64,000 nucleotides of DNA from the human T2T-CHM13v2.0 reference genome, Homo sapiens. The stretch lies in assembly GCF_009914755.1 (NCBI RefSeq), contig NC_060928.1; one strand, 5' to 3'. The position numbers and the translations under genes are program-made. Position 1 is the first letter of the stretch, and each line of letters starts with the position of its first letter. The notes under the pieces are model-generated. The model did not search any database. It was not told the DNA's origin and saw only the letters and a program-made list of their open reading frames with translations. Shown here piece after piece: positions 1 to 10,980 of this stretch.

Positions 1-327
1 TGCAACAACATGGGTAGAACTGGAGGTCATTGTCTTATGGGAAACAACTCAAACACAGAAAGACAACTACAGTGTATTCTCACTCATAAGTCTAATTAAA
101 TAGTGTGTAAATATGGAAGCAGAGTATAGAATGTTGGACAATGGGGACTTGGAAGGGTGGGGAGGTGGGACAGGGTGGATGATAGGAGGTTGTTTGGTGG
201 GTACAGTGTGCATTGTTCTAGTGATGGATGAACTGAAGGCCCTGACTTCACCATAATCCAATATAACAAATGCAATATAATCAATGTAGCAAAATTGCAC
301 TTCTACCTCATGAATATAAACAAAAAA
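1..327 (+). mobile_element. Old L1 3' end (L1PB/L1MA-type), cut by window start
   Basis: L1 ORF2-end/3'UTR motifs (TTCTCACTCATAAGT, G-rich tract, CCCTGACTTCACCA...AAAATTGCACTT) followed by an A-rich tail. Confidence 0.8.
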
Positions 328-519
328 TACTAATGCACTTGCTTTTACTTCACTGGGTATTCCTCTTCCTTCAAGATACCAACATGGGTTTCTATCGTCC
401 TTTACTTCCTTACACGTATTATTCCTTCCTTTGAAGTCTTCTTCACTGCACTCTTACAGATTTCTTAAAAAACAACACACACACACTCCTCACATTCTCT
501 CTTTCCCTCTCTCTAGCCC

Positions 520-742
520 CTTCATGCTTGATTTTTCTCATTGTGGTTATCATCATTGAACTTACTGTAATTGTACTTACTGATTTTTCATTAAAGTCTG
601 TTCTCCCTATTTTCACAACTAAAGGTAAGCCACATAATATCAGGGATTCTTGCCTGTTTTATTCACTGGTGGACTTCCAGTACCTGGAATATTGCCAAAC
701 ACATGTTAACCACTCATTATATGTTGAATGAATGCATGAATG
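520..742 (+). mobile_element. L2 3' end fragment
   Basis: Resembles the L2 terminus (CAGGGA..TGTTTTATTCACTG...ATGTTGAATGAATG tail). Confidence 0.65.
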
Positions 743-2020
743 TGAATGCGTGACTGAAAAATTGAGAACCTTCCCCAGCAACACTCAAATCAGTCATCTG
801 TGTCACTTTCCTTTATGAAACATATAAACATATCTACGTCTGGACCCATCCTCTCCTCCTGTGCCTTGCTATAACTTTTCAGCCAATTCCTGTACACTTG
901 CTATGCCCATAATGAGTATTTGCTTACCTAAAAAGGAACTTTAAGCTTTTAACTTCTGAACATTTTCTCATTTATTAAACTTCTTTTAGTTCTCTTCTCC
1001 CCCTTACCCAGCTGGGATTACATTACTCTATTTTACTAAACCTTCTTTCAGTAACCTAACCTCCCTGCCTCTCACTCTTTTTATTGTATCCATCTAGCAA
1101 AACAGAAACCTAGATGAACTAATTCTACCAGAGACTTCCTCCATGCTTAATCTGGGCTGCATTGGATAATTCAAGTGCTCAATCTTATTGGCAGTCCTAT
1201 TACATGAGTCAGGTCAATTCTGATCAGCTCTGCACTAGACATTTCTGTTTGCATGTCTTAAAACACAAACATGTAAATGATAGCACAGCAAACATTCAGG
1301 GAAGACAAGATATTTCTAATGAAGGCCAGTAATGGATTCAAAATGAATTAAAAACAACAATTGAGCAGAGTCCAAATCTACCTTAGAGACATCTAGGATA
1401 ATAAAATTTTTAGGTGTCCCCTGTATGGTTTCTTTCATACTTCTGTGACACCTTAATTAGCCATGGAACTAAAATTTCACGACTAACGTTCTTTAACTAT
1501 TAAAACAAAGAAAGAGAAACTGATTAAAATGAAAATCAAACAAATACACTTGTGACATAGCCTATACTGCAATATTGATTAATATAAAACTAGTTTATTA
1601 TCATTAAATCAAAAAATTTGAAGAATGCATGTTCATTCAGTTCCTAGGAAATAACATATTTTAAATATTTCTCCAGCTGAAGCTGATTTTTTCTTCCCCT
1701 GTAGATCTTTTCTGTTTAATAACTCACCAATCTTCCTCAGTGCCAGATCTTAGAGACTTAACCCTCAAACAGAGGCAATCTCATATAAATTAAAGGCCAA
1801 GCACACACTGCACTCCAATTGTGTGTTACATCCCTCAGGCACCTATGGGTTTATTTCTCAAATCCACTGCCCATTTTGTTTTTATTGTCACATCCCATAA
1901 CATAAAACATATCTAATCAATAAAATCAGAAAAATATAATACATAAAATGTTTCATTACTATTTGGCAAATGGAAATTTAAAAATGAAATATATAAAAAA
2001 CAAAAACAAATAAAAATACA

Positions 2021-2660
2021 AGAAATAGGAACACTTTTACACTGTTGGTGGGACTGTAAACTAGTTCAACCATTGTGGAAGTCAGTGTGGCGATTCCTCA
2101 GGGATCTAGAACTAGAAATACCATTTGACCCAGCAATCCCATTACTGGGTATATACCCAAAGGACTATAAATCATGCTGCTATAAAGACACATGCACATG
2201 TATGTTTATTGCGGCACTATTCACAATAGCAAAGACTTGGAACCAACCCAAATGTCCAACAATGATAGACTGGATTAAGAAAATGTGGCACATATACACC
2301 ATGGAATACTATGTAGCCATAAAAAAAAGATGAGTTCATGTCCTTTGTAGGGACATGGATGAAATTGGAAATCATCATTCTCAGTAAACTATCTCAAGAA
2401 CAAAAAACCAAACACTGCAAATTCTCACTCATAGGTGGGAACTGAACATTGGGAACACATGGACATAGGAGGGGGAACATCACACTCTGGGGACTGTTGT
2501 GGGGTGGGGGGAGGGAGGAGGGATAGCATTGGGAGATATACCTAATGCTAGATGACGAGTTAGTGGGTGCAGCGCACCAGCATGTCACATGCATACATAC
2601 GTAACTAACCTGCACATTGTGCACATGTACCCTAAAACTTAAAGTATAATAATAAAAAAA
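2021..2660 (+). mobile_element. 5'-truncated L1PA2-type LINE-1 (ORF2 C-terminus + 3'UTR)
   Basis: Encodes WKSVWRFLRDLELEIPFDPAIPLLGIYPK. The 3'UTR GCTAGATGACGAGTTAGTGGGTGCAGCGC has GAG rather than the L1HS-Ta ACA. Poly-A tail; AAAAATAC on both flanks is a probable TSD. Confidence 0.9.
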
Positions 2661-2970
2661 AATACGAATTTAGAGTTGCATGAAATATTAGTAATTATAT
2701 AACAAAATCTGTTTAATACAACTGGATTAATACCAAATATCAATTGATAAAATAAGTAATAGAATAAACACCTGTTGGTGCTCCAAACTTAGTTGAATCA
2801 GAGTTTTCTAAAAAATATTAAAATAGCTTGGGCTTCTGGAGATATGGCTACCAGATTAACAGCTTGATCAAACCTATAGAATAAGTTGGGAGTGAGATCT
2901 AATTAGCCTCACATTGCATTTGAATTTTTAAAATTATATTTTTAAAAACTTCTTAACGTAAATAGTAGAA

Positions 2971-3340
2971 TGCTATCTTCATTTACTTGGGCCCCTATAA
3001 TAAAGCACCATAGTCTAGGTAGCTTAAAAACAACAGGAATTTAATTCTCACAGTTTGGAGGCATTAGACAGTCCAAGAGCAAGTTTCCGGCAGATTTTGT
3101 GTCTAGCGGGTGCCCACTTTCTGGCTTGTAGTTAGCCTTCCTTTGGCTATAGCCTCACATAACAGGAGGGGAGAAGGAATTTTCTAGAACCTCTTCCTTA
3201 AAGACATTAATCCCATTCATAAGGGCTTCATTCTCATGACATAATCATCTCTCAAAAGTCCCGCCTCCTAATAATATCACCTTGGGGAACAGGATTTCAA
3301 TATATGAATTTGGGAGGACATAAATATTCAGTCCACTGCA
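2971..3340 (-). mobile_element. MaLR solo LTR, MLT1A-like
   Basis: Reverse complement starts TGCAGTGGACTGAATATTTATGTCCTCCCAAATTCATATATTGAA, like the MLT1A 5' end; typical length. Confidence 0.75.
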
Positions 3341-3723
3341 ATTACATTTTTTCTGGTAATTGTGTATTTTTTTAAATGAGGCGAAATTCATCCAAATAAA
3401 GACAAAGTTTCTATTTTTCTTACTAAAAATATAGAGAAGCATTATTTCCTTAGCCAATTGAAAGAACATTGATTGTATTATACATAAGCATCAAAAAAAT
3501 TCATTTACATTAAACATATACCTGTATGAAAATAACAGAAAACATAATATTTGTGTTCTTTTTATTGATAATCCTATGGAATTTGCTTATATATGTATAT
3601 TTTTATTATACATAGTGATTTTTCCTTACTCTGGCACTAGTCTAGTATTAATAAAAGACAAGTTTGTTATCTATTTAGTATATTCTTGTCTCTGAGCTGA
3701 TCAAGATAAGAAATTATTTTTGG

Positions 3724-4030
3724 GGCCAGTGCAGTGGTGCAGGCCTGTATTCCTAGCACCTTGGGAGACTGAGGTGGTAAGATTGCTTGAGCGCAGGAAT
3801 TTGAGACCAGCCTGGCCAACATGGTGACATGGTGAAACCCTGTTTCTATAAAAAAATACAAAAATTAGCCCAGTGCGTTGGTGCACGCCTGTAGTCCCTA
3901 CTACTTCAGAGGCTGAAGTGGGAGGATCCCTTGATCCTGGGAGGTAGACGTTGCAGCGTGAGCCAAGATCATGCCACTGCACTCCAGCCTGGGCGATACA
4001 GCCAGATTTTGTCTCAAGAAAAGGAAGAAA
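3724..4030 (+). mobile_element. AluJ
   Basis: Dimeric Alu with J-type positions; internal 8-bp duplication ACATGGTG x2; degenerate TSD AAGAAATTATTTT/AAGAAATTCTTCT. Confidence 0.9.
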
Positions 4031-5049
4031 GAAATTCTTCTCAGGTTTAATTTCAAAATAACTATTTTTAGAAAAGTTTTATTTGAATTTAGCTACTTTA
4101 AGAAATATTGTGGCTTTCCCACCTATAAAATATTCCCATAAGTTTGAGTCTATATGTCCTTCTATAGAATTATGTCACTTATATTAAATGCAATTCTTTT
4201 TAGTGCCTTAGTGTCTTCAAGTGACAGATCTGTCAGAAGCTCAAACCTAAAACACAGACTGAAAACATAATAAGTTTTACTGTCCTATGCCTGTTCTGTA
4301 AGTTTCCTCATGTTTCTTGCAATAATCATAATAAAATGATAATGTGTAATATAATGAATTCCTGCTCTAAGAAGTAAAAAAATAACACATTTCTTGCAGA
4401 GTGGTCTCATGCTAAGCATGAAAACTGACAACAGCAAGGTACTTAAAACCATCAAGCCTGATAGAGTCCTGATGTGGTCAGCTGGGCCACCTGGCAGCCA
4501 GGCCTTACATGCTGTAACCACAAGGCTTGAACTCCAGCCTCCTGTTCACACAATGGGAGGGGCTGTGTTCCTGAACCACGGCAATGGCGGGACAGCAGAT
4601 TAGGCCACTGATTTGTCTTGTACATCTGCAAAAAAGAGTCCTGATCAATCCAGAGAATGGTATCACATGCTTCTTCCCATGAAGGATAAACTAGCAAAGT
4701 TGGGCCGGAGCCAAGTATTTGCCACAGTATAATGTGGTTGAATCCCAGGCCCTGACAATCTCAGGGGCAGGCCTGGGCCTCTTTCAGTCTCATAGCTCAG
4801 GAAGTCCTTCCTCCTTCTCCCAGGGCCTACTGTCTGACCCTGCTGGGTCCCTGTCGTCTGAGTCAGAGTAAAATATGTAATAGGAGATCCAAATACCTAC
4901 TTTTTATCCTGCTTCCCTGTTGCCTTAGTAAACCTGTTGCCAGCAAGCCTGATGTGTGTGTTGTCAAATAAATTATATTTTTAGTTATTAAGTGACAAGA
5001 CAATAAGAAGCCTTTTCTAGCTTCAGAGGAGAAGTTAGGCATCACTCAG

Positions 5050-5575
5050 AGATCCTGAGCTTTAAGTTGAGTGTGGTGACTGGATAGGACTTGGGTTGTG
5101 TCTCTGAATAAGGGTAAAAATGTGTTCTATGTGTGGGAATTAGAATGCACAAAGATTTTCTCCTTTTATATTAAGCAGAGTAGTAGTTGGGAGGTGGCTG
5201 CCCACACAGGAGCTGTACATCCATGCCCCCTTGTAGCTAGATGTAGTCATAGCACTGATTCCTCTCAAAGGAATGAGAGCAAAAGGAATGTGTGCTGTTC
5301 CAAGGCAAAGGGTTTAAGATGCAAGAATGGAGTGCCTGCCCGAGGTGGGTTTTTTTTTTTCTACTTTACCACTTGGAAACACTCAATAAGGAAGCCCTAG
5401 GAAATTATGGAATCATGTAAATGAAGAAGCCTGGGCTGCTGTAAGCTTGCATGGAAAAGAACTGTCTCTGAAGATGAAAAATCTCTTAGAACTGTTACGT
5501 AAGACACAGATGTCTGTGGTCCCTTACATATTTGAGTCTATTTATTTTTACAGCCTGAATTCAAGTTTAACTGAA
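5050..5575 (+). mobile_element. Ancient ERVL/MaLR LTR remnant (MLT1I/J- or LTR16-like), possibly with internal sequence upstream (~4400-5150)
   Basis: CCTTGTAGCTAGATGTAGTCATAGCACTG...GGAATGAGAGCAAAAGGAATGTGTG resembles the conserved core of old MLT1/LTR16 LTRs. Confidence 0.45.
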
Positions 5576-5587
5576 AGAAGTCTGCTT

Positions 5588-5891
5588 GTTATTTTATTTT
5601 ATTTATTTATTTTGAGACAGGGTCTCACTCTGTCGCCCAGGCTGAGTGCAGTGGCACAATCACAGCTCACTGCAGCCTCGAACTCCCGGCTCAAGCAATC
5701 CTCCCACCTCAGCCTTCTGAGTAGCTGGGACTACAGGCACACCATCATGCTCAGCTAATTTTTTATTTCTTATACAGTGTAGGGGGCACACTATGTTGCC
5801 TGGCTGGTCTCAAACTCCTAGACTCCAGCAGTCGTCCCTCCTCAGCCTCCCAAAGTGCTGGGATAATACGTGTGATCCAACATGCCTGGCT
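5588..5891 (-). mobile_element. AluJ
   Basis: Antisense Alu with (TTTA) tail and J-type ACAGGGTCTCACTC and CACAGCTCACTGCAGCCTCG. Confidence 0.9.
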
Positions 5892-6293
5892 TACATATTT
5901 TATTAAGTGGACAGACTTGGTACTATTTATTAGTATTCATTGGATGATCACATGATCCAAATTCATAAATATCAGGAGAGCAGTTATAATTGGGTAAAGT
6001 GAGGAAACACATGGCATATCCCAATAATATAGATCATAGAAAAAATGAAAAGAGGGTTAGTGTTACTGCAAAGAGGAGAGTAATTCTAGAAAGGTAGTTC
6101 CTATTCACTGATATTCTGATTTTCCAAAACATTAGTTAGTAACAATGTCTAATGATGAGATAATCTAACTAATTTCAATATTAGGTGTACTTTAATATAT
6201 GTGCCATTATAAGTCACCAGCTCATTAGTTCTAATATGTTAGAACTTAAAGTCTTCAATTAGACTGCACTGCAATCTAGGACAGCTAATAGAT

Positions 6294-6294
<1 letters not shown>

Positions 6295-6338
<44 letters not shown>

Positions 6339-6361
6339 CCCCTCACTCCCTCCCTTTCTCT
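6295..6361. repeat. (TC)n polypyrimidine microsatellite
   Basis: Seen directly. Confidence 0.9.
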
Positions 6362-6608
6362 TTTATAATAAATAATTTTCCTGATTGGCCATTCAGTTGA
6401 GTATGTGAGTCCCATTTGCACCAATTAACACATCCACCAGTTTGGAGCTCCCACCCATTTAAATGGTCTGATATTCTCCCAGGATTCCTCTCTCTATGTG
6501 GTTCCTCCAGCAGCCTTTGGGCTAGGTCATAATCTGTCATCACCACTGGGCCTAGCTCTGCATCCTCTCCAGGCTGTTCTCCTTTTGCCCCCTTAATGGA
6601 AGTTCACC

Positions 6609-6627
6609 TGCAGCCCCCTTGTGGCGG
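6609..6627 (-). promoter_or_regulatory. Candidate CTCF binding site
   Basis: Minus strand CCGCCACAAGGGGGCTGCA against the core consensus TGGCCACCAGGGGGCGCTA; adjacent CpGs retained. Confidence 0.55.
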
Positions 6628-6644
6628 CCGGAGAAAGGAATTCA

Positions 6645-7777
6645 ATTCTGGAATTCCATCAATATCTAATTCTTTTTTCCTTTTCTCACATCTTTTCTCA
6701 AGTTCCCAAAAGTTCAGCTATGGCTCAGAAACCCATAGTCAGTCATCAGCAAAATGTCCTATATTTCTACCCCTGTGTCATTGCTTACGTCTCCCAGAAT
6801 TTCATTCTTCCCTGCAGCCGTGGATGTCTACTGCTACCAGTGACACGTGTGCAACCAATCATGTCCAGGGCTCTCACCTTCACTAACCAGCATAAAAATG
6901 TCTAATAATTCTCTCTATCCACACTTGCAGAAGGAATTCTCAAAATAGAGGTTATAAACTGATCTTGCATCACAGTGTTTTTTTTTTTTCCCAAAAACTC
7001 TCCCTTCTATTATCTAAAATGGGTGAGGAAAGGAGAAAAGTTGGGTTAAAAGATACTTGGAGGTAGTTTCCCATTGTGCATATGACCACGGATAGCAGCC
7101 AAGATGGATGTTCAGGCAGTCTCGTTCCCACATACATTTTCACGTGTGATAATTTAGTTTCAAATTTCTCATTTTTCTTACCCCCAGCTTGAACCCTTTT
7201 GAAAAAACCTTAGTACATCAGATAATATGTACGTATTTGATTACCAGGTATCACAGAGCAAGATGTCACAATGTCCGCTATCAAGTTCTCTGCCTCAGAG
7301 CTGAAAGCAGGATAGAAAGGAAGCTACAGAAATCTGTGCGCCACAGATAGTTTTCCCTTAGATCCACTCAGCTTTCAGCAAACTGGAGAATCACAGACCC
7401 AAAGACTACTCCAAGGAGTGAGGGATTTCCCCTCAGACAGTTTTCACATTACCCTTTACAGGGGTGCATATGGAGCTCAGTAGATCTGCATGAGTTTCAA
7501 AATACAACCTCCACTCTCTGGACAACCCACTCTTAGAGCTTAGGCATCACTATATGCCTGAAACCTGCAGAACTGATGCCATTATATCCTTTGTCCTATT
7601 TTAAATCTGCCCACTTCAGAGATCCTAGGACCAACGACTATCCATTTATTCTGGAATTCTCTCAACATCTAATTATTTTTTCCTTTTCTCACTTCTCTTC
7701 TCAAGTTCCCAAAACTTCAATTATGGCTCAGAAACCCATAGTCAGTCATCAGCAAAATGTCCTATATTTCTACCCCT
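6645..7777 (+). repeat. Dispersed 130-bp direct duplication (6645-6774 and 7648-7777)
   Basis: Ungapped manual alignment: 9 mismatches, last 56 bp identical. Confidence 0.95.
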
Positions 7778-7789
7778 TCTCTAACTTTA

Positions 7790-8820
7790 CTTTCCTTTTA
7801 TTGAAGCCTAATTCCCTAAGGACCACTTCCCTGCACTGCTGGAAGTAGCATCGGTCTTCTCTCCCATGGCCTTCATAACTGGGCCTGGAGGTAGAATTTT
7901 GATATTCTAGTTCTTCATCATTTTCCAAGATCATCACATTCATGCCAACAGATTATACCATGCACTGCATCTCTGTGTCTCACTCTTCTGCAAAACCACT
8001 GTGTCTCCCACTCATTTCCTGAAGATTCTAACTCCTGGAGTTAGAATCACTATCTTCATAGTTCATGTCATAATTAATGATGATTTCTGTATCCATTTAG
8101 TGTATTTTTCCAAAATCCTGCATTCACAGTTTTTGCCCTTACATCTACTGATGACCTTGTTCTCCACCCTGTTTGTCTCTCACTCCATGACCATGTGTCT
8201 CGTCATTGTTAATCAATCCAAGTCTTCTTATTATATCAACTTCGAGCATCCCAATTTTCAACCACCACCACTTACCTTTTTAGTTCATTCCCTGTAATAC
8301 ACTGATTCCAACCATTCTTCAACCTCCAAAATAACTACATGCATCTTACTGCCATTTTCTGTGCATTATCATTCCCTTATCATCCTCTTATCATCCTCTT
8401 ATTCTTACTTCTGATCTAAAGGCTTGGATTTTATGGTACATCATTATTTTCATGTCTTGCACTATTCTTTATTTTTGTTACCTCTCTTTTTCTTGTTTCA
8501 TTTTATACGCTTTTAGCATAATTCCAGTGCTGATTAAATTCACTTCTCCACCTACTCTGGGCTTGTCACCGTGAAGCTACATGGACTACATCATTTTTTG
8601 ATAGACCTCAGTGTAAACTCATGACCACAAACCTCAAAGGGAAATTATTCCGCAGTTTGATAGACAATTTAGCCTTTTCTCTTACAGATAATTTTTTATA
8701 CTCTCTCTCTCCTCAAATTCAAATACCACATGCCATCTTCCCTCCCAATTGATCTATTTTATGTATAAAATGAAAGAAATCTGAAAGAACTTCTAAAAGC
8801 TACTTTATTACTTTTTCTCA
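7790..8820 (+). mobile_element. L2 LINE remnant, endonuclease-region of ORF2
   Basis: ORF 8001..8297 contains VIINDDFCIHL...HSQFL, resembling the APE-endonuclease ILGDFNIH motif; pyrimidine-rich L2 texture. Confidence 0.55.
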
Positions 8821-8822
8821 GC

Positions 8823-9250
8823 TGTGATGGTTCACGTTATGTGTTGACTTGACTGGGGCCACAGAGTGCCCAGACATTTGGCCGAAAATCTTTCTGTGTT
8901 TCTGTGAGACTGCGTCTGGATGACATTAACACTTTATGGGTAAACTGAGTATAGTAGATTGCCTTCCCTTATGTGGGTGGACCTTACTCAGTCAATTCAA
9001 GGCCTGAACAGAAGAGACAGGCTGAGTAAGCAGAAACTCCTTGCATCTGACCATTGGTGCTGGGACATCAGTCTTTTCTTGACTTCAGACTTGAAATAAG
9101 AAACTGGCTTTTCCTGAGTCTTGAGCCTGTGGACTTTCAGACTAGCACTCCCACCTTTGGTTCTCCTGGTTTGCCAGCTTACTGACTCTGGATCTTGGGA
9201 CCTCCCAGTCTCTATATTTGCATGAGTAAATTTTTTATCATAAATGTTTC
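8823..9250 (+). mobile_element. ERVL LTR, MLT2B/D-like
   Basis: Starts TGTGATGGTT..TATGTGTTGACTTGACTGGGGCCACAGAGTGCCCAGACATTTGG, the MLT2 5' end. Confidence 0.8.
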
Positions 9251-9259
9251 ATGTAGGGC

Positions 9260-9590
9260 ATCATAAAAGATGGTATCATTGTCTTACTTACCAACCACCC
9301 AAACCTTCTCATCCCAAAGTTTAGTGTAGTGTTGATGAGGAGCTTCTAGTGAATTACTCACAGAGATTGATAACCCTGCCAAAAATTAACGTGCTCTGGC
9401 ATTGCAAAGGAATGTAGTCCCTGCAAAACCAAGGCAGGGATGGAATAGGAGAAATAAGAACCCCACGTCTCTGTCCTTACAGTATCATCTCCAGCACCTT
9501 CCATTAACCAAGCCCAGCCAGAAGCCTGAGGGCAGGAAGCACCTGGAGTCCCTAGGGCCAGCCTCCCAGGACACAAAGCCAGGCAGATAA
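9260..9590 (-). mobile_element. ERVL LTR33-like fragment
   Basis: Reverse complement TGTGTCCTGGGAGGCTGGCCC...GCCCTCAGGCTTCTGGCTGGGCTTGGTTAATGGAAGG resembles LTR33. Confidence 0.55.
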
Positions 9591-9993
9591 GCCAAGACGA
9601 AAACAGGAGCACAAGCAAAACCAAGCAAGCACGCACATTCTAAATATACACATTTGGTATACTCATAAAAAAAGCACACGTTCATTTCTATTGAATTAAA
9701 ATGCCATCTAAATCTTTCTCTTAATTTATTTTTCACCATGACAAAGCACTTTTAGTTCTATAATAAGTAAACTGGTAAGTATTGAACATACCTATTTTGT
9801 TCTTTAGTATTATTTCAATCTTGAAAGTGAAATTTTTATTATATTCTTATAGATAAAATAGCTAATTTTCAAAAATGAGCAAAGTTTATAGATTGATCAT
9901 CTGTGCATAAATCTTTGGCTTCTTTACATAGTTACATTAAAGTAATTAATTCAATACTTATGTTGGCATTCATCAGATACAATCCTGATTTTT

Positions 9994-10014
9994 ATATACA
10001 CACATATGTATGTG

Positions 10015-10046
<32 letters not shown>

Positions 10047-10068
10047 TTTTAATATATATGTATATATA
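9994..10068. repeat. Compound (TA)n/(CA)n microsatellite
   Basis: Seen directly. Confidence 0.9.
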
Positions 10069-10980
10069 ATGATTTAAAATTAGTTCCTCAAAACTATGCA
10101 AGAATCATATTTTACCTAATATGGTTGAAAGTACAATATAATTGCCTTGATAATTATGATATGATTTCCTCAAGATTTGTGGGGAGAGAACTTTAAATTT
10201 TAAACACTTACATACAAAAATAGGAATTCTCTTAAAATTCATACTTTAATTTTTTTATTTTACTTTTCAAGTCAAAACATAAAAATAAGTGTATTTAAGA
10301 TTTATTTCTATATATTTGAAAATCAGGTGTGCTTACCTTAAAAATTACTACAATGTAATTTGTAAGATAATTTGTTTTGCCTCCCAAATGTTATGAAAGC
10401 ATGTTATTAATTTAAATACCATGGGTTAAAACCTGTTACAGAATATGAAAACATTTCACACTTCTTCTAAAGCATAATTTAAAAAATACAATTGTGGAAT
10501 TCTCTCTCATTTTGATTACCTAGAAGATACTATTGTGATATTGTGGGTGCTAGCATAGAGCTATATTGTTTCTCTCTAGTTAGATGGCTAGGGCCAATGT
10601 GATACTTAAAAAACTGTTCTAAAACAAGAATAACGATGTTGCAAAATTATCGGCAGTACTATGTTAGCAATCTCTTTTGAGCACTTGTGAATATATTTCC
10701 AGGAAATTCTAGCAACATCTTCCATGTGTATAATTGCACAGACTCAGATTTAACTTTTTAAATGATCTAATAAAGCAGTCAAAATTTTAGATTTCTTGAA
10801 GAAATAGAAGAAAATATTTTTGTGTTTCTGTCATAATTATGCTGTTATTGTTTAAACATTCCTTACAGTGAATAGACTAATGTCTTGAAACTATTATATG
10901 GCAATAGTCACATTGGCTTTTTTCCAACTTCTCTATTTTATTTATGTCTAACCATTTTACTTTTCCATCTTGAGTACTTT

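Noticed and set aside
155-175. Canonical G-quadruplex motif (also near 2500-2522 and 22227-22243)
   Set aside because: The ordinary G-rich tract of L1 3'UTRs; well known and expected.
6628-6650. CTCF upstream (zinc finger 9-11) motif next to the core site
   Set aside because: TTGAATTCC on the minus strand is only loosely similar and appears too far from the core.
6645-7777. The two 130-bp repeats as LTRs of an unknown miniature retroelement
   Set aside because: No TG...CA termini, TSD, primer-binding site or polypurine tract.
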